Below are positions 1-13,399 of a stretch of DNA of 64,000 bases, one piece after another. Source of the stretch: Selaginella moellendorffii (taxonomy: Eukaryota > Plantae > Lycopodiophyta). A program made the position numbers and the translations under genes. Numbering within the stretch: position 1 is the first letter of the stretch; every line of letters begins with the position of its first letter. The notes below the pieces were generated by a model. It had not been told where the DNA came from. It worked only from the letters and a program-made list of their open reading frames with translations, and searched no databases. The stretch spans positions 476,774 through 540,773 of the forward strand of contig NW_003314264.1 of the NCBI RefSeq assembly GCF_000143415.4, given 5' to 3'.

Positions 1-1110
1 GCCGATATAAAAAATAAAAGTAAACTCGTACCTCTTCGGAATCAGTAGGACGCTTCGAGCATCGGATATTGTGTGATTCGTCAACGATTACCATCTCCCA
101 GCTGCAACGAAGTATGCTCTCCCGAAGCCGTCTTAGCATATTGTAAGATATTACAACAACTTTTGGTGTTTTCAGATCTTTTAAATCGTCTTCTCGTCCA
201 AACACTGCACAGGTAGACAGAGTCAAACGTTTGGAAAGAGAAGTCATCAACGTACCAAGATGAACGTCTGAAGGTGAGAGAAATGGAAGCCATCTCTCTA
301 GTTCTTCGGCCCAGACCAGACGTAGACTAGCGGGACAAACAACAAGTAAAGATCCGTCGTTTAGATAGCATGCCGCGATGGCGATGGCCTGTGTCAAAAA
401 ACAAGCCATGAGAACAACAGAAACCGTACTCGAAGATTGATTACCTGAAGAGTCTTTCCGAGCCCCATCTCGTCGGCAATTAGCACGCGTCCACCTCTTC
501 GCAAACCATATCGAATACCATCCCACTGAAAAGGCAATAAGTATTGCTTCAACTTCCAAGGCAGGCCTAGCAAGAGCTTGTCCACGACTGAGTCTGGAGC
601 ATGCCTCGGGTGGAAGGGAAGCCACTGGTCAGCGTTTCTTAGTTGATGAGAGCAGCTCCTCAAAGAATTGCGTGTGCTCAATGGTATGTGCTCCAACTTC
701 ACTCCAGGCAACCTCTGCAAAACGTCTGTCACGACCTCGTAGTCTCTCAGTCTATAGACTGGACAGCGATTATAATCGTTGCATGATTTCCAGCACACTG
801 GTGGCACCTACAAAGGGGGAAAAAACCATGAACTTTGAGAAGGAAATTCTTTTTATTCTCAAACGATAGCTAGACTTACCGATTCCAGCCAATGGTGCAC
901 TCGGCGAAGTACATCAGAGCAACAGGAATGCGGTGGCACTACGAAAAACTCGCGCGCCGAGCAAATCTCGAGAGAAACCAGATGTGTCTTGCCGCATTTC
1001 TCACCGGAATTCGCCAAAGCTTCCGCATTTTGAGAAGATCTCTGGCGCCGGGCCAAAGCGGCCGCCCGATTCGCCTCCATTCTCCTGCGCTGCTCCTCGC
1101 TGATCTCCAT
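1..1110 (-). CDS. SMARCAL1/HARP-like SNF2 helicase, 5' exons (runs off the window)
   Basis: N-term MEISEEQRRRMEANRAAALARR; LLPFQWDGIRYGLRRGGRVLIADEMGLGKTLQ (motif I); next exon LLVVCPASLRLVWAEELERWLP; GT-AG introns. Confidence 0.88.
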
Positions 1111-1251
1111 GCCCTACTAGGGCTTGAGGAATTGTGACCGTTTAAAACTTTAGGCCTTTGTATTTTTTGTAAGGAATATTCAGTTACTTCAAGACAATAA
1201 TTTCTGGTTTTATTGATCTACAAATGATGGAGAGGATCCATCCTTTTTACA

Positions 1252-1617
1252 CTAAAAATGGAACCCTTTCTTGTCCTCCTTGTCCTTGTTCTTTGAATCT
1301 TCATGATTCATAGACTTCTTTCTGCAGATGTTGATATTGATGTTGATGTTGTTGTTATTGTTGTTGCTCCTCCTGTGCTTGTGAGACCCATGGACTGGAG
1401 GACCTCCATCTTCATGATCATGAACTTCATTTCCATGATCATGATCATCCATCTCAGGAGGATGCATTAGAGAACTGGATGATGGCTCCACTGATGAGTC
1501 TTGATCAGCAACACCATTGCCCAAAGACAAGAGCTCCCTTCTACCCAAAGAAGAAGACACTGCTACCTGAAAACTCGCAAAGGCAAAAACTAGGAACAAC
1601 ACCAAAGCAGCCTTCAT
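1252..1617 (-). CDS. Small secreted His/Asn-rich protein (121 aa)
   Basis: Signal-peptide-like MKAALVLFLVFAFASFQVAVS, RRELL motif, His-rich tract, TATA ~65 bp upstream; paralogous copies at ~12.3, 14.6 and 15.7 kb. Confidence 0.7.
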   Translation of the reverse strand: MKAALVLFLVFAFASFQVAVSSSLGRRELLSLGNGVADQDSSVEPSSSSLMHPPEMDDHDHGNEVHDHEDGGPPVHGSHKHRRSNNNNNNINININICRKKSMNHEDSKNKDKEDKKGFHF

Positions 1618-1682
1618 TTTTGTAGTAGTGATTAATGGAGCTCAATCAACTCTTACTGAATAATCGCTAGACCTTCCAGGCC

Positions 1683-1746
1683 TTATATATTATGTTATAC
1701 TCCAGCATGCATTGCCAAGTGGTTGAATGCTTCATGCATTCAACCA
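1683..1746 (-). promoter_or_regulatory. TATA box, RY (CATGCA) motifs and an 11-bp perfect inverted repeat between the peptide gene and the tRNA
   Basis: ATATATAA on minus strand ~1683-1690; TGGTTGAATGC-TTCAT-GCATTCAACCA at 1720-1746; retained in the copy at ~12485-12550. Confidence 0.45.
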
Positions 1747-1788
1747 TTGCTTGATAAAAATCAAAATCTAATATTGTGAACATATAAT

Positions 1789-1872
1789 GTCAGGATGGCC
1801 GAGCGGTCTAAGGCGGCAGACTCAAGTTCTGCTCCTCTCACGAGGGCGTGGGTTCAAATCCCACTTCTGACA
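1789..1872 (+). tRNA. tRNA-Leu(CAA)
   Basis: GTCAGGA/TTCTGAC acceptor stem, GCAGA-CTCAAGT-TCTGC anticodon arm, long variable arm, GGTTCAAATCC B box. Confidence 0.97.
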
Positions 1873-1999
1873 TGAAAATGTACCCTTTATATTTATACAT
1901 TCACATTCAAGAACAAAAACTATATCACTTTACCTTTACGTTTTGCAGTTTATCGCGTCAAGTCATTGTTTCTCGACTTTGGCAGCATCATCCGATCCT

Positions 2000-2790
2000 G
2001 CTAGAGCATCGTAAGTAAGTAAACTGACAACACACTGCCATGAGAATCCCTTCTCATATGAAACCAGCATGTCCGCATGCTAACCAAAACACTCGTGAAT
2101 GTTTCTGTAGCATCTGTAAGAATGCCTGTATAGCCTCTGTGCTGTAGCCTGTAGAGCAGTACGCTTCCACCATGAAGTTCCTCGAAAACCAGTTTTTCTC
2201 CCCGTCCGGGCTCTCTCAAACACTGCCACACTTTCCGTGCATGTCCACGAGTGCGTTGCCGACGAAAACATCTTGCTCAAGGCCACACTTTTCATGAACT
2301 TCTTGCCCCGCTTCCGGAGCCAGGAGAATCGCAGAAACGAAACGCAGCAGTAGGCGTCAGCCACCATCTTCGTGGACTGCATCGCTTTTAGACTGGAATG
2401 GCCGCTGATCATCTTTCTCCAAAGCACTGGACAACTGTGAGCCATCCCGCCAAACATCATCCAAGCCTGCACACTCGCGATGTATGCATGTGTACAGCGA
2501 AGCGTTGACGAGATCGTTGCTCTGGAAGTCATAAGCAGGGACGAGCTCGGCCAAAAGTCCAACTCTCAGCACAGGTGCTCGGCGATCCCCATCCGGACGA
2601 GCTGCTTGTGGATCCACCAGCGCCTTGAGCTGGGTACACAGGCGGACAAAGTAGACGGAGTAATTCCTCTCCCAGGAAGCATAATCCTGCCTGTACTGCG
2701 ATTGGCGCCGATCGATGACCCAAAATGCAAGTACTCGGAAGGCGAGACAAAGAGAAATCCTACCTGGGGTCACGCACGTCACAAACCAGA
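2000..2790 (-). pseudogene. Frameshifted gene of unknown lineage-specific family
   Basis: Overlapping ORFs in two frames; paralogue at 13427-13723 shares AWMMF..HS..SGHSSLKA..STK.VADA..CV. Confidence 0.4.
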
Positions 2791-2969
2791 AGTCCTACTT
2801 TTCTTTGTTGTCTTGAAAGTCAATAAAAGATCGCAACAATCTTTTTGGTAGCAACAACATCATGTAGTGATTTGGAATAAATACTCATCAATGTTTGACT
2901 CGATCACTGGAGATATAATAGTTTTAAGCGAGGAATCATCGAAGTTGTCTTCCATTAGAGATTTGGGGC

Positions 2970-4712
2970 ATGGGCCCGATCGTTGCTTACATTCTTGTGG
3001 TGCTTCTCTTCCAGAGCTCGACATCATCAGGTATTACTTTTCCTCCACAAAAATCTTTCATTTGAATCAACAGATAGTTTTGTTTGATCGATCTCTATGA
3101 ATCATGCACAGCTATGTTCAGTTTCATACAAGAAGCCACCGATCTCTCGAGCTCGGATTTGTTTAACTATGACTACATAATCGTGGGTGGTGGAACCGCG
3201 GGATCACCCCTTGCCGCGACGCTTTCGAGCAAATACAAAGTTCTCGTGCTCGAGAGGGGGGGATCACCGTACGGCAATCCAAACATCACCAGGATCGAAA
3301 ACTTTGGAGCAATTCTATTCGGCGACAGCCCCCAATCGCCACTCCAGGTCTTCTTCTCCACCGAGGGCGTACGAAACGGGAGAGCTCGAGTTCTTGGAGG
3401 AGGATCCAGTGTAAATGCCGGGGTTTATTCTCACGCCGAGCAATCTTTCATCACTACTCTGGGTCTCAATCCTTGCCTGGTGAATCAGTCCTACCGCTGG
3501 GTTGAGAGTGTCGTGGCTTCCATTCCAGATCAACTTGGGCCTTACCAGACAGCGTTCCGGCAATCGCTACTCCAAGCTGGAATCACACCCGACAACAACG
3601 CGACGTATGATCACTTGGTTGGAACCAAAACTTCTGGTACCATATTCGATCATTCGGGAACTCGAAGGCCAGCTTCAGACCTCTTTGTCTATGCGAATCC
3701 AAGAAACATCAAAATTCTCCTCCATGCCACAGTTCTACGAATTCTCTTCTTGCAAGGTTTGTCTTTGTTTTCGAAAGAAACATTGCTCATATCCCTTCTC
3801 TTGAAGGTGTATCGCCAAAAGCGTATGGAGTGGAGTTTAAAGACAAGCTTGGGCGTATCCGGAAAGCTTTTCTTTCCCCCAAGCGATCCAGCGAGGTAAT
3901 TCTTTGCGCAGGTGCGATTGCAAGTCCACAGCTCCTAATGCTAAGTGGAATCGGACCTGGAAGCCATCTTCAATCCAAAGGCATCAAAGTGATCAAGGAT
4001 TTCCCAGAGGTCGGGAAACATATGGCAGACAACCCCACAATCTACTTGTTCGTCCCATCGCCATCTTACGTCGAGGTCTCCACGAGTCTAAGCGTCGGGA
4101 TCACGTCCTTTGGGAGCTATATCGAGGGTGATAGTGGAGGAACGCTAGCGCCCAACGCGAGCTTCCTTGTTGAGAAGGTCAATGGCCCAGCTTCCATGGG
4201 CGACCTCTACCTGGCCACCATAAATGTGGATGACAATCCAGTTGTAAGTTTCAACTATTTCCAAGAGCCAAGAGATTTGCAAGTTTGCGTTGCAGGCGTG
4301 GATGCAGTGGAGAAAGCATTGCTCTCAAACGCTTACAAACCTTTTCGTTATGATAATCAAACTCTCCCCTCCGGAGGAACAGTGATTTCTCCCAACAGGA
4401 GTTATTCAAGTATGGGCGCCATCAACAGCACCCTTGCAGATTACTGCAAAAGAAACGTCGCAACTTTGTATCACTATCACGGTGGCTGCTTGGTAAACAA
4501 GGTGGTAGATTCCAACTTCAAGGTGATTGGGGTACACAACTTACGTGTGGTGGATGCTAGCGTTTTATACATCTCGCCTGGAACCAATCCACAAGCCACT
4601 CTGATGATGCTTGGAAGGTATATTTAGTTTTATCTTAAGTTTGATTAATTTAGTTTTCTGAACTGATAGGTATGTCGGGAAAAGTATCGTCGACAAGATC
4701 CCTCCATGCTAA
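2970..4712 (+). CDS. GMC oxidoreductase (HOTHEAD/mandelonitrile lyase-like), 4 exons
   Basis: Signal exon 2970-3030; exons 3112-3756, 3807-4617, 4670-4712; DYIIVGGGTAG FAD motif, GRARVLGGGSSVNA, YHYHGGC, LRVVDAS, PGTNPQATLMMLGRY. Confidence 0.93.
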
Positions 4713-5869
4713 GAATAATTTCATCTAAACCATACATACATAAATTGCAAAAGTGTAAAAGAATCAAATAGTATTATCTCTAGTGAAAATGCACTAGCAA
4801 GTACGTCCCTCAGCCATGAGCTGTTGGAGACTGCGTTCTGGCTGGGCAACAAGAAACTTCTGCGGTTTGTGGAATTGGAAATGAAAAGCGATGAACCATT
4901 GGAGAGATGGATCAGGAGATATGGCCTTGCGTGGCCGCTGGAACCGCCAAGACATGGACCTTGCTTTGGTAATGTAATAAAGGATATCAACAGTGATATT
5001 TTTAAAATTTATGATATGATTTTATAGTTCTTGATTCTTGTCATTGTTGTGCATACATACTAAAAAAGTAGAAGACTTAAGAAATATGAGTTTACTTGGA
5101 GCTAACAGATTGCCCATGTCAGATTTTTTTTATGAACAAAGAACTTATTTACTGCTTTACTTTTATACTCAGGGAAAACTCCTTATAACCATATAAGCCA
5201 AGTGATCAACAAATTTTTTTAATTTTAGCAAGTATATGCCACTGTTAATACTGGAAAAAACCTCTAATTCTTATATAGCAAATTTAGCTATCAAACTCTA
5301 GATTTGATCATGGGGAATGACAGTTTAGGCTAACATTGTTTTCAGAGGGCAACCAATTACAATTCTTAGTTGCTACCCATGGCAGTACATTTTAAGAATA
5401 TAACATTAACATAAGTGCATATACCATCTACCTTAATTGTATACTCCTACAACTCAAATAAATATAAAATAAGAATTTATATAAAAAATTTACAAAATTC
5501 AAGATTATAACATGTTAAAACTTAGACTTATAGTTTGTAAGAAAAAAAATCTCTTTCTAATGTATTTAAGACAAAAATCCCAAGAATCCACATTTTAAAC
5601 AGATAAAGAAAGTATATTATTATATGAAGCTATTTTTATTTAATATTAAATTTAAAAATATAATTATAAAATATAATCATAATTGTTATAATATATTGAG
5701 AATTATAAAAATTTAAATTATATTAAATAAACTTAAAGCCTTGCACAAACTATCACCAGGATTCTCTCAATCAATTTGGTTTAAATAAAAAGGGACTATT
5801 TTTGTCTTCTTCAAGGATCCGCATAAATCAAAAGCAAATGTAAATATTACATGACTACTTTGCTGTCGT

Positions 5870-7585
5870 ACTACTTTACAAGGATACCTTTCGTCGTTAG
5901 AATGGCCAAGCATAAGCTGTCCGTGTTCGCCCCATACCCAAGTATAACTGCTTCTCTACAAGCAATTCCATCGCTTGACTCCTACAGTGTTTCGATTTGT
6001 GGCAGCAAATGGATAGCGCAGCTTTGAGCGCAGTTTTCTTTAACCAACTTAGCATATACCTTATTCTCTCCAACGTACAAATAAAGGCAGCTGATTACCA
6101 GTGCTAAGAATTGGGAGAGAAATCTGGTGAGAGTTTGTATTAATGAGGAAGCATTTAGCTCCAACTTCTTCAACTCTATACCCATGCTCCATAATAAGTG
6201 TGACAAAGCTGGGGCTGAAGGAATCAATAGGTGTTCTTGGCATTTTGTGGAAGGTCTTGTTACCACCACTCTAAATTGGAGATTTCTCCTAATGTGTGAT
6301 TTTATTCAAGTTTACAAAGAGGTCAGAAAATTTTGTTTGATTTCTCTTGTATGGAGATGGTATTCCAAAGTAAAAATTCACAAAATTTGGGAAGCATGGA
6401 ACCACACCTCATCTGTCATGGAGCCTTCAACCTGTGAACTCAATTTTCTGTCCCTTTCCAATGCTATCAAAGTTGCTTGCCACACCCTGGTTCTCGCGGA
6501 TAAATTTTCTTTCTTCTCGCTTGTGTCGTTTGCATCCAAATCGTGAGTATGTATCTATTTGTTTATTCCGTATCTTCGAACAATGAGAGATACAGGCAAA
6601 GGTGATGGCTGAGTTGTCAAGCTTTTGGACTAGCCAAGCGCAGCCAGCTCGGCAGCCCTTCATCCGAAGAGCTCGACAAAGTGGCTTTTCTACAAGCAAT
6701 TCCATCGCTCATCTCCTATGGTCAGCAAATGGAGACCACAGCTAACCAGTGGTGAGTCTTCAAAGAAATTTCCTTTTCTCCAGGAAATCAATTCCATCTT
6801 CTGGCAGGCATTGGCCAGCTCGGGAAAAGCATCAAACGGACGCTTACATACTGTTTCTCGCAAGTGAAGAGCTTAACTTCCGCGAAGTTTCTCTCGGCTG
6901 GAACCATGGTCTTATCTCAAGCGGTTTTTGAAATCAGTGTCCTGCAGAGAATGGGGAAGGGCATGGTCAGCTTGTATCCTCTTAATGTTTTATTTCTTTC
7001 TATGTTTCAAAACAGGAATATAATCTGTGACAAATGTTGCGAGCGGTCGAACATGACATTTTACAGAGTACACGTGTTGGAAAACCACAGCACAGAGCCT
7101 GGTCCTTTTTATTCATGCTAAATCTCCGGTGTTTTCAGCTGCTGGGGACGAAAGGCTGCCGAGCTGACCGCGCTTCGCTAGTCGAAAAGCTTTGACAACT
7201 CGGCCATCTCCTTTTCCTGTATCCCTCATTGCTAGAATAGAAAAGAGAAAGAAATAGATTCACTCACGACTTGGATGCAAAGCACGCAAGGAAGCAAGAA
7301 GGAACATTTTACCGGAGAGAACCAGTGTGTGGATTCCACATTGGAAAGAACCAGAACTTTACAGGGAGTTCTTCGACTTACAAAGTCTCAATCTCCAAAG
7401 GTGAAAAGCTCCCCGGATTCTTGGAGGGAAAAGAAAAGAAGAAGAAAGTCACAAAAAAGAAGAGAATTGATCTATCTTACCAGTGATAAATGCGGTGTGG
7501 TTCCCCAGCAGATACTTCGCAAAACTTTGTGACCTCTAAAAAATTCTATTACTCTTGGAACAACAGCAGCAGCAGCAGCATCCTC
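5870..7585. pseudogene. Scrambled fragments of the RCC1-repeat gene, in both orientations
   Basis: Pieces match 55294-56838 (FREVSLGWNHGL on +; 7141-7580 collinear with ~56085-56575). Confidence 0.8.
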
Positions 7586-7714
7586 AGAATTAGGTTATTT
7601 AGTCTGAATAAGAAAATTTGAATGAATTTATCTTATACAATCAGATAAATGCTTCAATATTCTGGATATATTAATTATTTGAACGTTTGCATAAACGAAG
7701 ATCACTCTCACTCG

Positions 7715-10023
7715 CTACGTTTTGAAAGCGCACATCTCAAACTCCAAAATCAAAATGGAACTATCGTGGCCCCAAGGTGGAAATCTGCGGGGATTCATTG
7801 GAAGCTCCCGAGGAGATCCTGGTGGAGTCATTGCGTAGGAGAGTGAAGACGATCGGTCCAAGTTCTCTGGAACGTGAGCGTTTGAGTACCCTGCCAGCAT
7901 CGGGACGACGTGAGGCATTGACGGCCGCGCCTGAGGCAAGTCTTGAGTACACATGAGCGCCAGTGTCACCAGCTGCAGCGCCTGGCTGTTGGAAACTTCG
8001 TTCTCCAGTTTCGGTTCCACAAAGTCGCGAAATACCCCTCCTGTGTCAGCCTGAAGCTGCCATGCCTGGAAAACAATTCCGCGAGCCTTACAAATCTTAA
8101 ATACAAACACTAATTTTTTCAAGTACCTCGTCCACCAGCGATCTGTCTCGGTTTCTTTTGCCACTCACGGTTTCCAGAATGACGATTCCATAGCTGTAAA
8201 CATCGATCTTGTCACTCAGCTGACCATTGAGTGCGTACTCTGGCGTCATGTAGCCACTGCAAGATCATCGAAAGCATGTTGTAAAACATCAAGTACTATG
8301 GAACTTACTATGTTCCTGCAGCTTTGGTGGTTAGAACCTCCAGCTGATGGGACGATTCGAACAGCCTTGCCAATCCAAAGTCGGCTATCTTGGCCTCGTA
8401 GAACTCATCCAGGAGAATGTTGCTCGGTTTGATGTCCCTGTGTACTATTCGTATTTGTGAGTCTTCGTGGAGATATGCTAAACCACGAGCAGTTCCCAAG
8501 AGAATGTTATGGCGAGTTTCCCAGGACAGGGGCTTCTCTACAGCGCCTGAGACACGGCCAGCCAGCTTCAATACAATCTTTAGAAGTATAAAGAGATCAA
8601 ACGTACCGAACAAAGCGTTTTCCAAACTGTTGTTCTTGAGGAACTCATAGACAAGAAGCCTTTCTGTGCCTTCCATAGAACATCCCAGCAGCTTTACCAA
8701 GTTCCGATGCTGCACGCTGCTGATCGCCTTGACTTCGTTCAGAAACTGAAGCTCACCGTGCTTGGAGGTGACGGTGAGCTTTTTGATCGCCACTTCGGAT
8801 CCATCTGGAAGATATCCCTGTTCAGGAAGAAATCCACGAGTTTCAATTCTGAAAGAACAATAAAAACTCAAGTCTACCTTGTAAACAGCACCAAAGCCAC
8901 CTTCACCGAGCTTGTGGCTTTCGTCGAAGTTCGCAGTGGATGATTTCAGCATCCGATATGGGACCGTAACTGGTCCCCCGATGCAAGGTACATTGTAAGT
9001 CATTGGCTATCGCAGAAATGAAAATTCGTAAGTGCTTCCAAGTAAGCTGGCTTCAAATGAATTTACCAATTTTTCGCCACCACCAATTCATAGCAAGAAC
9101 TATACCAACACCTAGCAGCACTGCGGCGATTACTCCCACGATTATGCCTACATTTCTTGCTTTGTTGCTACCTTCAGAAAGACAACAAGGTTTAAAAATA
9201 TAACAAACAATAAGAATGAAAAACAATCACCTCCGCCGGAAGTGGAAACCGCGGTACTGCTGCTTGCGTTGACGGGAACTCCACCAAAAAACTTGAAACT
9301 CTCGTACTGCATATTGCATTCAGCCAGGTAGCAACTTCCTCCATCTCTGCCATTGCAAGTACTGGACAATGAGCTTCTGGCTTTCTCCAAGCAGGTCGTG
9401 CAGTCAGAAGTGCTCAGATCACGAACACATTGTCCCAGAACGTACGCGCTGTTGTCGGGAGAAGTTCCAGCAACAGCTATCATGAAGCCACCAACACTAC
9501 CTGGAATACGGTCTCTCAGAAACGCAAAACCGGTGTCTGTGTTCGAACGGTACTGGCTGGAGTTACTGATGCCGGACGAGCAGTTCACCAAAGCCGAGTC
9601 GATTCCAGAGTAATTCGAAAAGAAGTAGTGATCTTCGTAGCGTAGAAAACACGTCTCTTCCTTGCACCGTCCCCCCTTTGTAGAATTTCTGACGCAGGAT
9701 CCATTGAGAGACTTGATGGCCGTCGAAGCGCAGGCATTGCAGTCGTTGGAGGAGATGTCTCCACGGCATTGTAGGAGGCCAAACACTGTGTCAACTGTAG
9801 AGCCATTTTTGTTGCTGTTTATGATCACCGTCTTGTAATCCGTGGTGTTTGCCAGAGAACCAAAAGCCTGGATGATATTCCTGCGATACTGCTGGCTAGT
9901 AAACGTGTAGAGATCTGAGCATCGTGTGGAATTCTTTGATGTCAGCAGCTGGCCGCTAGCAATTCTGTACGTTGGAATAAAGAGGAGGATGCACAGCTTC
10001 CCAATAACCAAGAGCCTAGCCAT
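7715..10023 (-). CDS. Cysteine-rich receptor-like kinase (2x DUF26 + TM + Ser/Thr kinase)
   Basis: Signal peptide; two C-X8-C-X2-C motifs ([28 protein letters not shown]); TM exon; [36 protein letters not shown]. Confidence 0.93.
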
Positions 10024-10159
10024 TGCATTGCTCGAGCTCCGCTTCTCATTTCATTGCCGTGTCAAAAGACTTACTTGAACCAATGCTGAAGAAGTCCACA
10101 GAACATAGTTGGCTCCATTATGAAATCTGGATTGTAATGGCAAGAATCATGAACCATGT

Positions 10160-11340
10160 GGTCCTCAGATAGCGTCAGGAAATCGAACTCGCTCCAGAAA
10201 ATAGCTTTTTCTTTGAAATCGAAGTGGTTCGTTTCCCCATCAAAACAGCTCCAAAGCTCTAACCGGTTTCGGGCAAGAAGTACTGTTTTTCTTGTTAAGT
10301 TTTAAAAAAAAAAAAAACGGAAGGAAAGGATACCGCCTAGCGGGGACTTCCGCGACTGCTGGCCTTGTAACTAATAGCAACGCGTCTGTGAGGAACATCG
10401 TTGTGATCCTGCATAGCGTGCATAATTTGAAGCAAAAGATAAAAGCAATTTTGCCTAATGGATTGTGATGGTTTAAGTAACCTATCTGCAGCTTTACAAA
10501 GGTAGAAAATACAGTCGAAAAAAAAAAAATGCAGACGTTGAGCCAGTACCACAAGCTGACAGGAAAAAGTTCTTTCTCTACAAATTGATGAAGCTTCGAT
10601 TTGTTATCCACAAGCCTATCAGAGCACCAATTGTTGCAAGGGAAGATAAAGTTGGATAACTGAAAAAAAAGGGACGAAGTTAGTGAAAGCGAAGAATGTA
10701 AATTAGCACACTGATCTTCGGTGGACGCTCTTGTTTTCCCAGGGAGGATCAATCACGATAGGATTGTAACCCGTTAAATACGAAGCTCAAACTTTTGCGA
10801 AAAAATACATATTAACAGACTAGCCGATGAATTTTAGAGAAATGGGCTCACCATGAGAAACTGACTTTTTCGGGAGCCAGCGCTTGAAGCGACTTCCTCC
10901 GCGGAGGAGCTAGATTTTTAAAGAGCGGGACACATTTCCTGGACTCGAAAGTTTGGAAAGTTGTTAGAAGGAAGCAATAAAAACATTAGTCCGAATCTGT
11001 TCCCACCTTTTGAGGAAAGCGTGATATCGTAGAGTGGAGCTTGAAATGTCCCCCAGTTTTACATTGCTTGTTTTGAGTTTTACTATCTCCTTGAGCTTCT
11101 CTTGCGCAGCTTCATTGGACATAAATGCCTTGTGAGACTCTAGCAGAATCTCTCCTGCCTCCTGATGAGAAACACGAACAGAAAAGTGATGAGAAAAGTC
11201 GATGTAAACGAAAAATGCTCCAAGAACAAACACAAATGAGAAAGACAAAACTAGTACCTGTTGGCGTTGCTGAGCTAGTAGCTCCTTCATTGAAAACATA
11301 CGTCAATGCACTGCTCACGCTCATAAACCCTACATATACT
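10160..11340 (-). pseudogene. Decayed copy of METTL4-like MT-A70 gene
   Basis: Inverted homology to ~62260-63720 ([24 protein letters not shown]) with deletions and frameshifts. Confidence 0.85.
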
Positions 11341-12089
11341 CCATATCCACGGTGAAAACATTGTCCCTTTTGACGATAATTTATATAAATCTAACATGAG
11401 GAGCGTTTTGCAAGGAACTAGAGGTGAATTTCAGCAACTTTTCTTTCGGTTGAAATGAACTAGGTATAAAGCATTAAGTGAAGGAATTAAAATATTAAAA
11501 TTCTTTTTTATATATTAATATCACATCTTTCCATGGGATTCAAATTTTAAACCTTTATTTATTACCCAGATTAAGTCTTGGATTAAGTTCTCCAGCCCTT
11601 TGCGATACAGGATCAATATTAGTTGCTATAACGTTGTAGTAGCCAATACTGATTCTGTTTTGCAAATTAAGGCAAGACACGTAGTTGGTAATGTGGCAGG
11701 GGAACCAGGTTGTTAGAAGGGGGATCAGCTGGCACAAAAAACTCAAACTTGCTAAATTTTTTAAAAAGGGTGCACTTTCTTTCCTTTTATACTTCAATAA
11801 ACCTTTTTTTTAATTTGTTGCTTATAAATTATTGTAAATCCAAAAACTAGTGATATTAATGTGTTACATAAAGGATTGGTGTTTGAGATTATTCGCCCCA
11901 ACCAGGATAGGCCAGAGATTTATAGTGCTTCCTTGAGGGAAAAAAAAAAAATCTCACCAGGAGCTTTTTCTTTGTTATCCAGCTCCAGGCAAACTACAAA
12001 ACAGCACAATGGTTGGCATGATGCATTGCATCAGTTTTAGCACCAAATTTACCCTTACTAACCACCTGGGCAAGTACTAATTTTAAAAT

Positions 12090-12590
12090 AACACAACTTT
12101 TGGCGTTTCAGATCTTTTAAATCGTCTTCCCGAGAAGATCTGCTCAAGACGCTGCAGCTTTGGCGGTGAGAAATGCGACAGGACACATCTGGTGCCCGGC
12201 CAAAGCGACCGCTCGATTTGCCTCCATTCTCCGGCGCTGCTTCTCCATGCTCTACCAGGGCTTGAGGTGACCGTTCAAAACTTTATTCCAGTTTGTTAAT
12301 TTGTGCTCCTTAAAATCGTGAAGATTTCGTGTGCAAGAGCTCCCGTCTACCCAAAGAAGAAGAAGCTATCTGGAGAGTGGCAAAGGCCAACACCAGAAAC
12401 AACACCAAAGCAGCCTTCATTATTGCAGTAGAGGTTAATGGAACTTGATCAATTCTTGCTGAATAATTGCTAAACCTTTCAGGCCTTATATATTATGTTA
12501 TTCTCCAGCATGCATTGCCAAGTGGTTGAATGCTTCATGCATTCAACCATTGCTCGATAAAAATCAAAATCTAAGATTATGAACATATAT
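12090..12590 (-). pseudogene. Deleted duplicate of SMARCAL1 5' region and His-rich peptide gene/promoter
   Basis: Segments match ~155-200, ~990-1150 and ~1525-1790. Confidence 0.8.
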
Positions 12591-12591
12591 T

Positions 12592-12675
12592 GTCAGGATG
12601 GCCGAGCGGTCTAAGGCGGCAGACTCAAGTTCTGCTCCTCTCACGAGGGCGTGGGTTCAAATCCCACTTCTGACA
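12592..12675 (+). tRNA. tRNA-Leu(CAA), identical copy
   Basis: 84 nt identical to 1789-1872. Confidence 0.97.
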
Positions 12676-13399
12676 TGTATAAGTAGTTTTGAAAGGCTAT
12701 CTAAGAGAAGGCAGTTCTTGTGTAAGTTCGTCAGAAGAAAATATAAAGGCCAGTATCTATGAAAAGCTCAGCAGCCGTGAAGAAGATTGGGAGTTCTTCC
12801 AAATGATCAGGGCCAAAAACATGCTCTTGGGTGGTGATGCTGTTGACTTATGCTCAAATGTTAAAATTGAAGTAGACCTTTGACAACTTGTAAGCCTGAT
12901 CGCACAGCTTATTCTGGGCATCTGGCTCAGCGTATGTCAAACGCTGTAAGGGAAGAGCTAGAAATTGACTGTGCTCTTCCAACATTCGGTGGTCTATAGT
13001 ATAGTGCATTCTGTGGGTTGGAGTCCTCGTATGATCCAAATTGAAGAAGTCCGGCGGTGACAAAGCCTTCCCTCTCTATAGAGATTGAAAATAGATGCAT
13101 TTTCAGCTGGAGAGTTACCAAAAACTATAAAGCAGTTGATGAGAGAGAGGTGCGACATGGTCATATACTGTAAACATCTTCTCCTGATGAAAAGTATACA
13201 TTGTGTCGTGAAACTTTCTGGAGCGGTTTCCGTCTGGCAGCTTCTCCTTGGCTTCTTTCAGGGCTTCTTTCAAGCAGCCAGATCGTCCCAGAAGACAGGT
13301 TCTTCAGCTATTGGAATCGCAATCCCTTCTCGTATCCCAAACTGTAATGAATGTTTTGGCGTTTGGCTTCACTTATATTCTTATATAGCTAACGCTGTA

